Source: a virus
Lineage: Duplodnaviria; Caudoviricetes
Direction: 5' to 3' (one strand)
Length of the DNA stretch: 51,637 bases
IMG/VR virus record: IMGVR_UViG_3300050023_000090
Location: 1 to 51,637 of that record
The notes under the pieces are model-generated. The model saw only the letters and a program-made list of their open reading frames with translations, was not told the DNA's origin and searched no databases. Each line of letters starts with the position of its first letter. The first letter of the stretch is position 1. A program made the translations under genes and the position numbers. Positions 44,212 through 51,637 of the stretch are shown here, in pieces.

Positions 44212-44224
44212 AGGAGAAAAAGAA

Positions 44225-44896
44225 ATGGCAAAGACTATCGAAAAGATTCCCTCAAAACTCGATCCCGGGATCGTCAAGGAACTCGGCCTCATCAAGAAGA
44301 AAGCCTCCGAGCTGCCCCTCATCATCAAAACCGACGAGGAACAGGCACGCATCGGAGCCCTCCAGAACGCGGTTCACTCTCTCATCAAATCCATTGAAGC
44401 CTGGTACGACCGGCACACCAAGCCCATCAACGACGCCCTCAAAGCGTTACGGGCCGAGAAGAAAAATCTTCTCGCCGAGCCTGAGGACTGGAACGACAAG
44501 GCTTCTCATCTCCTGGCCGACTACTTCTATCGCAAGCAGGAGGCAACCGAGAAGGAGCGCCTTGCCCTTCAACGCAAACTTGACGCGGAAGCCGAAGCCG
44601 CCCGCAAGCGCGAAATTAAGGCCCTCAAGACGAGTGGGGATAAAGAGGGCGCTCTTGCCCTCGCTGCTGCTCCTGTCGTCGCCCCCATTGCCGAGGTCGA
44701 AAACACCGCCAGCTTGGACGGCAAATCCTTCCGCGACGACCTCGACGTAACGATCCTCGACCTCGCCGCGGTCCCTCTCGAATACATCAAGCTGGAACTG
44801 CGTCTCCAGGCCGTGAAAGACGCCTACAAGTCGGGGGTCCGCGACATCCCCGGCCTCATCCTGAAGCCTATCAAGACCCTCGTGAATCGGGGATGA
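44225..44896 (+). CDS. Coiled-coil protein with Gp157-like C-terminus, recombination-associated
   Basis: Long coiled coil followed by DLAAVPLEY...GVRDIPGL; RBS aaggag. Confidence 0.7.
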   Translation: MAKTIEKIPSKLDPGIVKELGLIKKKASELPLIIKTDEEQARIGALQNAVHSLIKSIEAWYDRHTKPINDALKALRAEKKNLLAEPEDWNDKASHLLADYFYRKQEATEKERLALQRKLDAEAEAARKREIKALKTSGDKEGALALAAAPVVAPIAEVENTASLDGKSFRDDLDVTILDLAAVPLEYIKLELRLQAVKDAYKSGVRDIPGLILKPIKTLVNRG

Positions 44897-44897
44897 T

Positions 44898-45140
44898 ATG
44901 GAAGAAAAAGTCTGTCTTGAAGTAATCGAAACAGGGCAATGGATTGTCCTCAATGTCGTTTTCCTTGATACAGGAGAGATCCGCCAGCGCAAATTTACGC
45001 GAGAAGCCTTTTTCAAGCGTCTCTTTATCTACAATGACTGGGTGAAAGACCTGCGCCTTGAATACATTTCCTTTCCTCAATTAACCAAGGCGCAGGATGA
45101 GCTTTCACGTATCCGCTGGCCCGACACGACAGGACAATGA
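44898..45140 (+). CDS. Hypothetical protein
   Basis: 80 aa, packed in the operon. Confidence 0.5.
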   Translation: MEEKVCLEVIETGQWIVLNVVFLDTGEIRQRKFTREAFFKRLFIYNDWVKDLRLEYISFPQLTKAQDELSRIRWPDTTGQ

Positions 45141-45151
45141 GGAGGTAGGGG

Positions 45152-45241
45152 ATGAAATACTTCCTCTCGGCCTGCCTCTACTACGGCCTCTGCGTCTTGA
45201 TGGGACTCCTCCTCTTTGCCTGGGCCGTCTGGACAAATTAG
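45152..45241 (+). CDS. 29-aa hydrophobic peptide (absent from ORF track)
   Basis: MKYFLSACLYYGLCVLMGLLLFAWAVWTN; strong RBS aggaggt. Confidence 0.5.
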   Translation: MKYFLSACLYYGLCVLMGLLLFAWAVWTN

Positions 45242-45260
45242 GAGAGAACCGATTTTTCTC

Positions 45261-45290
45261 TTGACACCGAGCCCTGTTCCGTGATAGAAT
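45261..45290 (+). promoter_or_regulatory. Sigma70-type promoter P3
   Basis: TTGACA-18 bp-TAGAAT with a TG extended -10. Confidence 0.7.
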
Positions 45291-45308
45291 CCTTCCTGTT
45301 CCTGGCGT

Positions 45309-45355
45309 GGAAAGGCCCCCGAGTCGTTGACTGCCTTGGGCCTTTCCTTTCTTTT
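45309..45355 (+). terminator. Terminator or attenuator-like hairpin in the leader of the Maf/MptE-like gene
   Basis: ggaaaggccc...gggcctttcc 10-bp stem followed by tttctttt. Confidence 0.6.
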
Positions 45356-45379
45356 ACATAGAAACGAAGGGAGCCAATC

Positions 45380-46711
45380 TTGCCTGACGAAATCGACCCC
45401 CTTGATTACGACCATCAGACCGTTTCGCTCCGCGAAAGCGTCCTTCTTGCCATCGAGGCGGCCAAAGTGGGCCAAGTTATGGGCGCCCAGCAAGTCATTG
45501 GCAACTTCAGAAAGAAGTACGACTCCGATCTTGTTCCCCCCGAGCTGGACTTTCCCGAGCCCATCATTCCCAGCGACGCGATCCCCTTCCACCTTACCTA
45601 CGCTGACGGCGACAAAGAAGCAGGAATGCCCCTTCCGAATATGGATATCGACCCCCAAGACGGCATCATCCTTGAGAACTTCGGCACCCTTCGCCAATGG
45701 GGCCGCGAGTGGGTCGCCAACCTCGGCGGGAACGCCTCCCTCGTCCACGAGGACCACGCCAAGCGAGGCCCCCTTATCCAAGCCCATACCCTTGACCTCT
45801 CGCACGTCAAGGACCCCACCCAAGCCGTTGTCTGCGGCTCCGGGGCCTCCCTCGAAGACCTCAAATCGCTTCTACCCGCTTTCCCTGGCGTGGTCCTCTG
45901 CGGCGCCTCCAACGCCTCCACCGTCCTGGCCGCGGGAAGAAAACCTGACGCCATCCTCTCCCTCGATGCAGGCTCCGCCACGGTCGATCATCTCAAGGAG
46001 TGCCCCTACGACGAGATGGGCATCCCCCTCATTACCTCGACGATCATGCACCCCGATGTCCCACGTCTCTTCCCCACCACGAGGAAGTGGTTCACCTCCC
46101 TGATCCAGATGGGCGCTGGCGCCAATCATCCCTTCAACGTCTTTTCCCAGCTCATGTTTCCCTTCATCAATAGCTATATGTTCCAAGCGGGCTGTACCAT
46201 CAATGGTGAACTTCTCCTGCTCAATATGATGGAAGAGATGTCCTACGCAAAATTTGATGCGGTCTACCTCCTCGGGGTCGATTTCTGCTACAAGAAGGAC
46301 GCCCCCCGCTGCAAAGCGTACAAGTACGTCAACGATTCTGATGATTTTGACGATCCCTCTTTCGTGGAGCTTCCCCCGAATACCAAGAATGGCGTCCCCA
46401 CCACGATTCCCATTCGCCGCTCCTGGAACGGCCTCATCACCGATCAAGTCATGCTCGAATACAAGCGTTCCCTTCTCACGTTATGGGTCATCACAAAGCT
46501 CCCCTTCTACGATTGCTCATCTGGAATACTTACGGAGGTACCGCGTGCCAACTTTGAAGAGCTTGCCAAGACGGGTTTTGGAGCCAGGCCCCCTGCCTAC
46601 GACTACCAGTACATACTCAGTGCCTACAACGCATATCTCACCCGACTTGGTTACGTACCAGGAAAGGATGCGGGTTCTGAGGGAGAACCGCTCGACGATC
46701 TCCTATGGTAA
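45380..46711 (+). CDS. Maf_flag10 / MptE-like (DUF115) protein, putative glycosyltransferase
   Basis: AVVCGSGASL, LAAGRKPDAILSLD, AGCTIN and VYLLGVDFCY match the MAF/MptE-like motif order. Confidence 0.75.
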   Translation: MPDEIDPLDYDHQTVSLRESVLLAIEAAKVGQVMGAQQVIGNFRKKYDSDLVPPELDFPEPIIPSDAIPFHLTYADGDKEAGMPLPNMDIDPQDGIILENFGTLRQWGREWVANLGGNASLVHEDHAKRGPLIQAHTLDLSHVKDPTQAVVCGSGASLEDLKSLLPAFPGVVLCGASNASTVLAAGRKPDAILSLDAGSATVDHLKECPYDEMGIPLITSTIMHPDVPRLFPTTRKWFTSLIQMGAGANHPFNVFSQLMFPFINSYMFQAGCTINGELLLLNMMEEMSYAKFDAVYLLGVDFCYKKDAPRCKAYKYVNDSDDFDDPSFVELPPNTKNGVPTTIPIRRSWNGLITDQVMLEYKRSLLTLWVITKLPFYDCSSGILTEVPRANFEELAKTGFGARPPAYDYQYILSAYNAYLTRLGYVPGKDAGSEGEPLDDLLW

Positions 46712-46913
46712 CGGCCTCGACGTCGAGTTCACGGATTGGCAGCTCGCGAAGATCGCCGAGATCAAAAATCGAAAGAATCTCAAACCTCTCAAGTGGGGCG
46801 ACATCCACTGTGCCTGGCCCGGGTGCCCTCGAAAAGCCCTCGAAGGCCGCGAAAATTGCTGGAAACATGGCAAGCTCGTGAAGGCCCTCGGCGCCTTTAT
46901 CCGCGATTATTAG
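46668..46913 (+). CDS. Small Cys/His Zn-finger protein
   Basis: CAWPGC...CWKH. Confidence 0.45.
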   Translation: MRVLRENRSTISYGNGLDVEFTDWQLAKIAEIKNRKNLKPLKWGDIHCAWPGCPRKALEGRENCWKHGKLVKALGAFIRDY

Positions 46914-46922
46914 GAGGAAACA

Positions 46923-47372
46923 ATGAACGTATATTGGGCGACTCTTAACGCACGTGTTGACTTGACATATCCAGAGTACAATGTTGCAGGCAAGGTAAAA
47001 GTCATGCTTGCCTCTGACGCCGAGTACGAGATCGAGAAGGCGCGGCGGGAGGGCAGGAAAGAAGCGAGGAATTACGAGGAGGCTATTTCTTACGTCGAGA
47101 AGATCCGCTCCGACGAGCGGGAGCGGATTCTCGCCAAGGCGAGGGAGTACAAAGACAATAGCTACACGGCAGACAGGATTGTGCGCTTCGTCGATTGGCT
47201 CGAACACGCCGAGCACGGCGGACCTACCCCGCAGGAGCCTAAGCTGCTGGAGCCCCTGATGAACATCACGGTGGCGGATCTGAATTGGGCAGACGTGGTG
47301 CTGGCGATCCAGAACACCATCGAGAGCCTCAACCAGACACGGGAAGCGGTGAACGATCTGCGAAATGTCTGA
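46923..47372 (+). CDS. Hypothetical coiled-coil protein
   Basis: RBS aggagg; 149 aa. Confidence 0.65.
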   Translation: MNVYWATLNARVDLTYPEYNVAGKVKVMLASDAEYEIEKARREGRKEARNYEEAISYVEKIRSDERERILAKAREYKDNSYTADRIVRFVDWLEHAEHGGPTPQEPKLLEPLMNITVADLNWADVVLAIQNTIESLNQTREAVNDLRNV

Positions 47373-47577
47373 ACCCCTTCTCTTGCGCCGCCTGGGAGAG
47401 CTGGTGAATCTCGATGACTGGAAGGATGCCTCCGTGGAGGAGTGCACTCTTATCCTTCGTCTTCACCATCACATTCATAGCGGCAAAAGCATCTCTTCCA
47501 ACGACTATTCCGCCTTCAACAAGCTCTATAAGAGGCTGAAAGGAGAATCCGGTGATAAGCCAGGAGACCAGAAATAA
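47365..47577 (+). CDS. Hypothetical protein
   Basis: Fits the operon packing. Confidence 0.45.
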   Translation: MSEPLLLRRLGELVNLDDWKDASVEECTLILRLHHHIHSGKSISSNDYSAFNKLYKRLKGESGDKPGDQK

Positions 47578-47752
47578 GTGGACTCGCGAAGTCGAGTTCC
47601 TCGAAGAAAGCGGATGGGACGAATGCTCCGACTGGGAGTGCGGTTTCATCGAGGCGATGTCCATCCGTCTCGAACAGGGAGGGGACCTCACCTTCAAGCA
47701 GTCCTCAAAGCTGGCCGACATCTATAAGCGCGTTCAGGAAAAATTGGGATGA
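47552..47752 (+). CDS. Hypothetical protein
   Basis: SDWECGFIEAM...LTFKQSSKLADIY pattern common in phage small proteins; RBS aggag. Confidence 0.6.
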   Translation: MISQETRNKWTREVEFLEESGWDECSDWECGFIEAMSIRLEQGGDLTFKQSSKLADIYKRVQEKLG

Positions 47753-47928
47753 AAATACGAGTGTTTTGTGCTCGCCATCCCATAAATCTGTTGAAGATTA
47801 TTGGGAACAGGGAAACTGCGACAAAAGGAAGGGACATCCTTGTTGTTCCATGCAAAGAATGTCTTTCTGAATCACGTCAAGTTGGGGAACGTTCCGAACA
47901 TGAATTTCCTCGTGGAGAAGGTGGATGA
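47749..47928 (+). CDS. Small Cys protein (absent from ORF track)
   Basis: MKIRVFCARH...VPCKECL; ATGA overlaps at both ends. Confidence 0.45.
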   Translation: MKIRVFCARHPINLLKIIGNRETATKGRDILVVPCKECLSESRQVGERSEHEFPRGEGG

Positions 47929-48107
47929 AAAAGAAAACAGATCCAGATACGAAGATCATCTTCAAGCGAGAAGTCATTTCGTGCCTCTCGACCGGGTGCC
48001 CTAACAAAACTACTCGAACCGTTCGCCAACCGGGAACGACTATCGTTCTTTGTGAGTTTCACTTGAGAAAGGTAATGGGCTATCTGCAATGGGCCAAAAC
48101 AGAATGA
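47925..48107 (+). CDS. Small Cys/His protein
   Basis: CLSTGC...LCEFH; ATGA overlaps. Confidence 0.5.
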   Translation: MKKKTDPDTKIIFKREVISCLSTGCPNKTTRTVRQPGTTIVLCEFHLRKVMGYLQWAKTE

Positions 48108-49027
48108 AAAAGTTTCCTCTTCCCCTTATCCCCACCGGCGCCTCCGAGAGCGGCTCTCACTACACCGGCCTCTTCGCCAATTGCAGCTGGAAGTTTTATA
48201 TGCGCTTCGTCCGCGGGTGGAAGCCCCTCAAGACCTCTTCTCCCCTTCTGAATGGATCCTGTTTCCACTTCGCGAAGGCTGTCTTCTACGCGACAGGCTC
48301 CCAGAGTGAAGCCCTCAAGGCAGTGGCCAGGTTTCTTGCAACGATGCGCAAAGAGTACGAAAGCGAAGACGAACTCAATCTTGCCCGCCTGCGTCTCCCT
48401 TCGATGGTCTCCTCATGGATTGCCAAATACGGCTTCCAGGACTTGAAGAGGTATACCTTCCTTGAAATCGAGAAGGAGCACTCCATCACGCTCCTTGGCG
48501 GCTTCCGCTTCACCTTCCGTCTCGATGCCCTCGTTCGCGACCGCGACAAGAACCTCATCATCCTGGAGACGAAGACCTCGGGATGGCGCCCCGAGCTGGC
48601 CGAGCTGGAGATTTTCAACGGCGACCAGGCAACCGCCTATGTAGCCTCTGTCTCCGAGCTGTACAAGACGCCTCCCAAACGTATTTATCTCCTGCCTGAC
48701 ATAACCTCGTGGCCGAAGAAATCCACGAAGGTCTCCCAGATCAACTGCTATCGAGGCGAACTTGTCCAGAGGACCGAGAAAGACATCGAAGAGTGGAAGC
48801 TGGGCAAGTCAAACGAGCTGGCTGAAATATCTCAGAAGGTCGAAGCCCTCAAGACTCACTCGGAGTATGCTCTCTTCAGACGGAATACTTCCTGGTGCAC
48901 CTCTTTTTCTCGTCCGTGCGAGTTCATCTCCGTATGCAGGCAACGCTTTCCCGCAGGGCATATCCCCTACGGCTTCCGGAAAGATTCCGACCTCCCCGAC
49001 TTGTTCCCCAAGAAAGGAAAGAAATGA
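48104..49027 (+). CDS. PD-(D/E)XK exonuclease, Cas4/AddB-like with Fe-S staple
   Basis: NCSWKF, GSCFH, EIEK, RLDAL, ILETKT, QATAY and C-terminal WC....PCEFISVC. Confidence 0.85.
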   Translation: MKKFPLPLIPTGASESGSHYTGLFANCSWKFYMRFVRGWKPLKTSSPLLNGSCFHFAKAVFYATGSQSEALKAVARFLATMRKEYESEDELNLARLRLPSMVSSWIAKYGFQDLKRYTFLEIEKEHSITLLGGFRFTFRLDALVRDRDKNLIILETKTSGWRPELAELEIFNGDQATAYVASVSELYKTPPKRIYLLPDITSWPKKSTKVSQINCYRGELVQRTEKDIEEWKLGKSNELAEISQKVEALKTHSEYALFRRNTSWCTSFSRPCEFISVCRQRFPAGHIPYGFRKDSDLPDLFPKKGKK

Positions 49028-49176
49028 AAAAGAAGAAGATCACGATTGAGGACCTTATCCGAAAGGAAGGTCGAGAACCGGGAGGAATGGTTAATTTGGC
49101 TTCAATTTGGATAAGATACGCCACTCCTTCAGCCGCCTTCTTTGATTGGAAGGGTGTATATGGGAGCCAAAAGTGA
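49024..49176 (+). CDS. Hypothetical protein
   Basis: ATGA overlap with the nuclease gene. Confidence 0.4.
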   Translation: MKKKKITIEDLIRKEGREPGGMVNLASIWIRYATPSAAFFDWKGVYGSQK

Positions 49177-49258
49177 GGCGATTGAAGTTTTTTGTGTTGT
49201 GGATCCGCGCCGCATTTCGACTCACTCGAATCGTGTGGAGTGGAAAGGTTCCTGATAA

Positions 49259-49669
49259 ATGGGACTTCTGGAAGGCAACCGGGCCGATGATGAACTTTTG
49301 CAGGAGACCCAGATGAAAAGCGATAATGAAATGGCCGAGATCGCCCGTCTCTTCTACGATGCATACATGGAGGCCGCTGAAGAGGCCAAACCCGGCTCCG
49401 CCGACCGCCTGAAGGTTGCCTTCCACGGCATCACCGCGGTCGGTGCTGCCTTTCTCGGATCCCTCATCGGTTCCTTCTATAAAGAGCGCCCCTGGAAGAG
49501 GCATGTCTTCTTCACTGGGATTGCGATGAAATCCCTCAAGATCGGCGTGGTCGGTCTCTTCCCGGGTGTCTTTACCAGACAAGAAGCTGTCTCCGCGTGG
49601 AACATATGCGCCGAGTCCCTTGTCAGGAGTCCAGAGTTTTTCCTTCCCGAAGAAAGCGAGGCCAAGTAA
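49259..49669 (+). CDS. Hypothetical protein (true start may be near 49313)
   Basis: Open frame ending in a TAATG overlap with the ATPase gene. Confidence 0.55.
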   Translation: MGLLEGNRADDELLQETQMKSDNEMAEIARLFYDAYMEAAEEAKPGSADRLKVAFHGITAVGAAFLGSLIGSFYKERPWKRHVFFTGIAMKSLKIGVVGLFPGVFTRQEAVSAWNICAESLVRSPEFFLPEESEAK

Positions 49670-50364
49670 TGCCCTTCACCTCAAGCGAAGCCAAGCGCGT
49701 TCCCTTCTTTCCCTCCATCCTGCTCTCGGGTCACTCAGGCTCAGGGAAAACGTACAGTGCCCTCCTCATGGCGAAAGGATTCGGCGGAAAAGTCGTCCTG
49801 ATCGATACTGAGAACAAACGCGCCCTTGTCTACGCGAACCTCTTCAAGTTTGAGCACATCGTCTTTGAGGCTCCCTTCACCCCTGAACGCTGTCGGGAAG
49901 CGATGAAGCTCGCCATCTCCAAATCGCCCAACGTCATCATCTTCGACTCTGCAACGCATGAGTGGTGGGGGAAGGGTGGCATCCTCCGCGAGAAAGACGA
50001 GATGCCCGGTACGAACGATTTCGTGAAGTGGGGCAAACTAACCCCCCGTCACGAGAGCTGGGCGGGAATGCTTACAATCAACCCCAAGTGTTTCCACATC
50101 GTAACGTGCAGGGCGAAAGAGAAGTCGAAAATGAAGAAGAATGCCGAAGGAAAGCTCGAAGTCGTTCCTCTTGGGATGAAGCCCATCCAGCGCGACGACT
50201 TCGCTTTCGACTTCTCCTTCGGCTACCTTATTCAGCATGACTCTCACAAGATCAAAATCTTGAAATCCATCGAGGAGGCCCCCGAGCCTGACGGACTCCT
50301 CACTCCCGACTTCGCATCGCGTCTTGCCGCTTGGACTCTGATGAAGAAAGGAAAGGCGAAATGA
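49669..50364 (+). CDS. AAA_24 / Sak4-like recombination ATPase
   Basis: GHSGSGKT (Walker A), IDTE, IIFDSATHEW, WGKLTPRH and GMKPIQRD. Confidence 0.85.
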   Translation: MPFTSSEAKRVPFFPSILLSGHSGSGKTYSALLMAKGFGGKVVLIDTENKRALVYANLFKFEHIVFEAPFTPERCREAMKLAISKSPNVIIFDSATHEWWGKGGILREKDEMPGTNDFVKWGKLTPRHESWAGMLTINPKCFHIVTCRAKEKSKMKKNAEGKLEVVPLGMKPIQRDDFAFDFSFGYLIQHDSHKIKILKSIEEAPEPDGLLTPDFASRLAAWTLMKKGKAK

Positions 50365-50840
50365 CCGCATACCCTGTAACCAATCTATCCAGCAAGGGGG
50401 GGGAGATGCCGGAGCGTTGTCTTTGCACCTCTGACGAGAACGGTCCGCACTTCAACGGCTGTACCATCCACGGAAGCTACCATACCCCACCCGCCACCGC
50501 TGGCACTTCGCGCCATCATTCAGGAATCGGTAGATTGGTCTACGCCAGCGATACCGACGATATCGGCCAGTGCTGGTGTGGTGATTGCAGGGAATGGATT
50601 CCTGCCGACAAGTGGAACCAACCATGTCTCTCAAAACGGGAGAGGAGAAAGAAGAACCGACGAGTCTCCGCTGGCACCGAGGGGCCGGGGCTGAGAGAAG
50701 CGCTTGATCTATTGCGGCGTGTTTGCGAATGGCACGCGCAGGAGACCATATACCCGACTCCCGAATGTATCGGAGAGGCGCGAAGGTTTGTTAGGCGAAC
50801 AAACCTCGCCCTCGCCCGCGTGGAAGGAGAGAAGAAATGA
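50361..50840 (+). CDS. Modular hypothetical protein with Cys motifs
   Basis: ATGA overlap; internal 10-bp in-frame repeat ccgctggcac at 50497 and 50668. Confidence 0.55.
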   Translation: MTAYPVTNLSSKGGEMPERCLCTSDENGPHFNGCTIHGSYHTPPATAGTSRHHSGIGRLVYASDTDDIGQCWCGDCREWIPADKWNQPCLSKRERRKKNRRVSAGTEGPGLREALDLLRRVCEWHAQETIYPTPECIGEARRFVRRTNLALARVEGEKK

Positions 50841-51166
50841 AAGCAGTTGACGTGAAGATTCTGAAGAACGCAATCAGGCGCGCAGACCGAGACAGCGATC
50901 CACACCTCGCGTCAATCCTTCGAGACTTGGCATCCGGTGCGATCGAAGTAGTCGAACGCACGCCCCCCGAAGCGCACGCCGAGGCAGCTATCGAGAAGTT
51001 GAAGATGGACGCCGAGCACTTGCAGTATGAACGTGATGAGGCGCGGGAAAAGCTCGCCGCCATGGAAGCTCCCGTGGATTCATTAGGTGACCTACCCTCA
51101 TCGTGGCCAACCAACGAGGCAGAGAGCGCCGCCCTTTCAGAGGCGCGGAAGGAGAACACCCCATGA
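50837..51166 (+). CDS. Modular hypothetical protein containing the PPEAHAEA linker repeat
   Basis: RBS aaggag; ATGA overlap; contains 24-bp repeat copy A. Confidence 0.65.
   Translation: MKAVDVKILKNAIRRADRDSDPHLASILRDLASGAIEVVERTPPEAHAEAAIEKLKMDAEHLQYERDEAREKLAAMEAPVDSLGDLPSSWPTNEAESAALSEARKENTP
50962..50985 (+). repeat. 24-bp direct repeat, copy A (left border of the 633-bp cassette)
   Basis: gccccccgaagcgcacgccgaggc is identical to 51595-51618 and 103-126. Confidence 0.97.
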
Positions 51167-51435
51167 TGAGAGAGAAACTTGAAGCGCTGGCGAAGCATTA
51201 CGAGGATCTTGGTGAGCAGGCTTATCGCGTTAATCACGTCATACCTGATATGTACTTCGGACCAGCGCAAGCAATCCGCGCGATCCTCGCCGCCGAACCC
51301 GATCCTTACCTGCGCGATGCCGTGGTGGACATCGTCTGGTGGGGCGAGAGAATGCAACTCGGAGTTGACCACACGGCTGACCGCATCTGCGCCCTGTTTG
51401 AGGGGGGGGGGGGGGGAGAAAAGAATGGCAACTAA
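51163..51435 (+). CDS. Hypothetical protein ending in a poly-G-encoded Gly run
   Basis: RBS aaggag; MMREKLEALAKHY...LFEGGGGGEKNGN. Confidence 0.6.
   Translation: MMREKLEALAKHYEDLGEQAYRVNHVIPDMYFGPAQAIRAILAAEPDPYLRDAVVDIVWWGERMQLGVDHTADRICALFEGGGGGEKNGN
51402..51416 (+). repeat. G15 homopolymer tract
   Basis: 15 consecutive G, counted directly. Confidence 0.9.
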
Positions 51436-51637
51436 GGGATACCTGATGCTACTCGGAGGGATGCGGGAAATTGAACGCATCCTAAGAGAGCGCATGCATG
51501 AGGATGAGGCTACGATCAAGGAATGTGGAGTCCCGATGCTCGTTGAATCCATGGCAGAGCAGATCGAGGAATTGAAAGCGCAACTGGCGGCTAAGCCCCC
51601 CGAAGCGCACGCCGAGGCGGGGGATGCGAAAGCCCTG
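51425..51637 (+). CDS. N-terminal part of a modular protein that continues across the junction into 146-550
   Basis: MATKGYLMLLGGMREIERILRERMHED...AAKPPEAHAEAGDAKAL is open to the window end and in frame with 2-550. Confidence 0.7.
   Translation, partial: MATKGYLMLLGGMREIERILRERMHEDEATIKECGVPMLVESMAEQIEELKAQLAAKPPEAHAEAGDAKAL

Noticed and set aside
48104-49027. Cas4-like nuclease as evidence of a CRISPR system
   Set aside because: I saw no repeat-spacer array or other cas genes; its position beside a Sak4-like ATPase points to a recombination exonuclease.

Overview
The window is an essentially complete, circularly permuted genome of a tailed dsDNA phage with podovirus-like architecture. I recognised no integrase, repressor or RNA polymerase. 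The minus strand from about 37.6 kb to 11.6 kb carries the virion module: terminase, portal, scaffold, cement, major capsid, fibre-like proteins, adaptor, a lysis cluster, a tail nozzle and three ejection-type proteins. The plus strand from 41.5 kb through the contig junction to 11.7 kb carries early and middle genes. These include a recombination set (Cas4-like PD-(D/E)XK nuclease, Sak4-like AAA ATPase, DUF669-like SSB), a family-4 UDG fused to a family-A DNA polymerase, and a DUF3987-type helicase. They also include an unusually rich set of modification enzymes: Mom/XF1762-like GNAT, two paralogous C5-MTase-like proteins, radical SAM/SPASM, GT34-like glycosyltransferase, class I methyltransferase, a degenerate QueE-like protein and a Maf/MptE-like protein. 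A divergent AT-richer early operon and an iteron-flanked AT-rich putative origin lie at 38.3-41.4 kb. The most striking signal is at the contig ends. Short in-frame direct repeats (24, 36 and 10 bp) sit inside coding sequence and bound gene or domain cassettes. Both the cassette-present and cassette-deleted junctions of a 633-bp unit occur in the window, and a G15 tract sits inside that unit. A DUF261-like peptidase and a spirochete-type lipobox hint at a Spirochaetia host. All family assignments come from motif recognition by eye, not from database searches.
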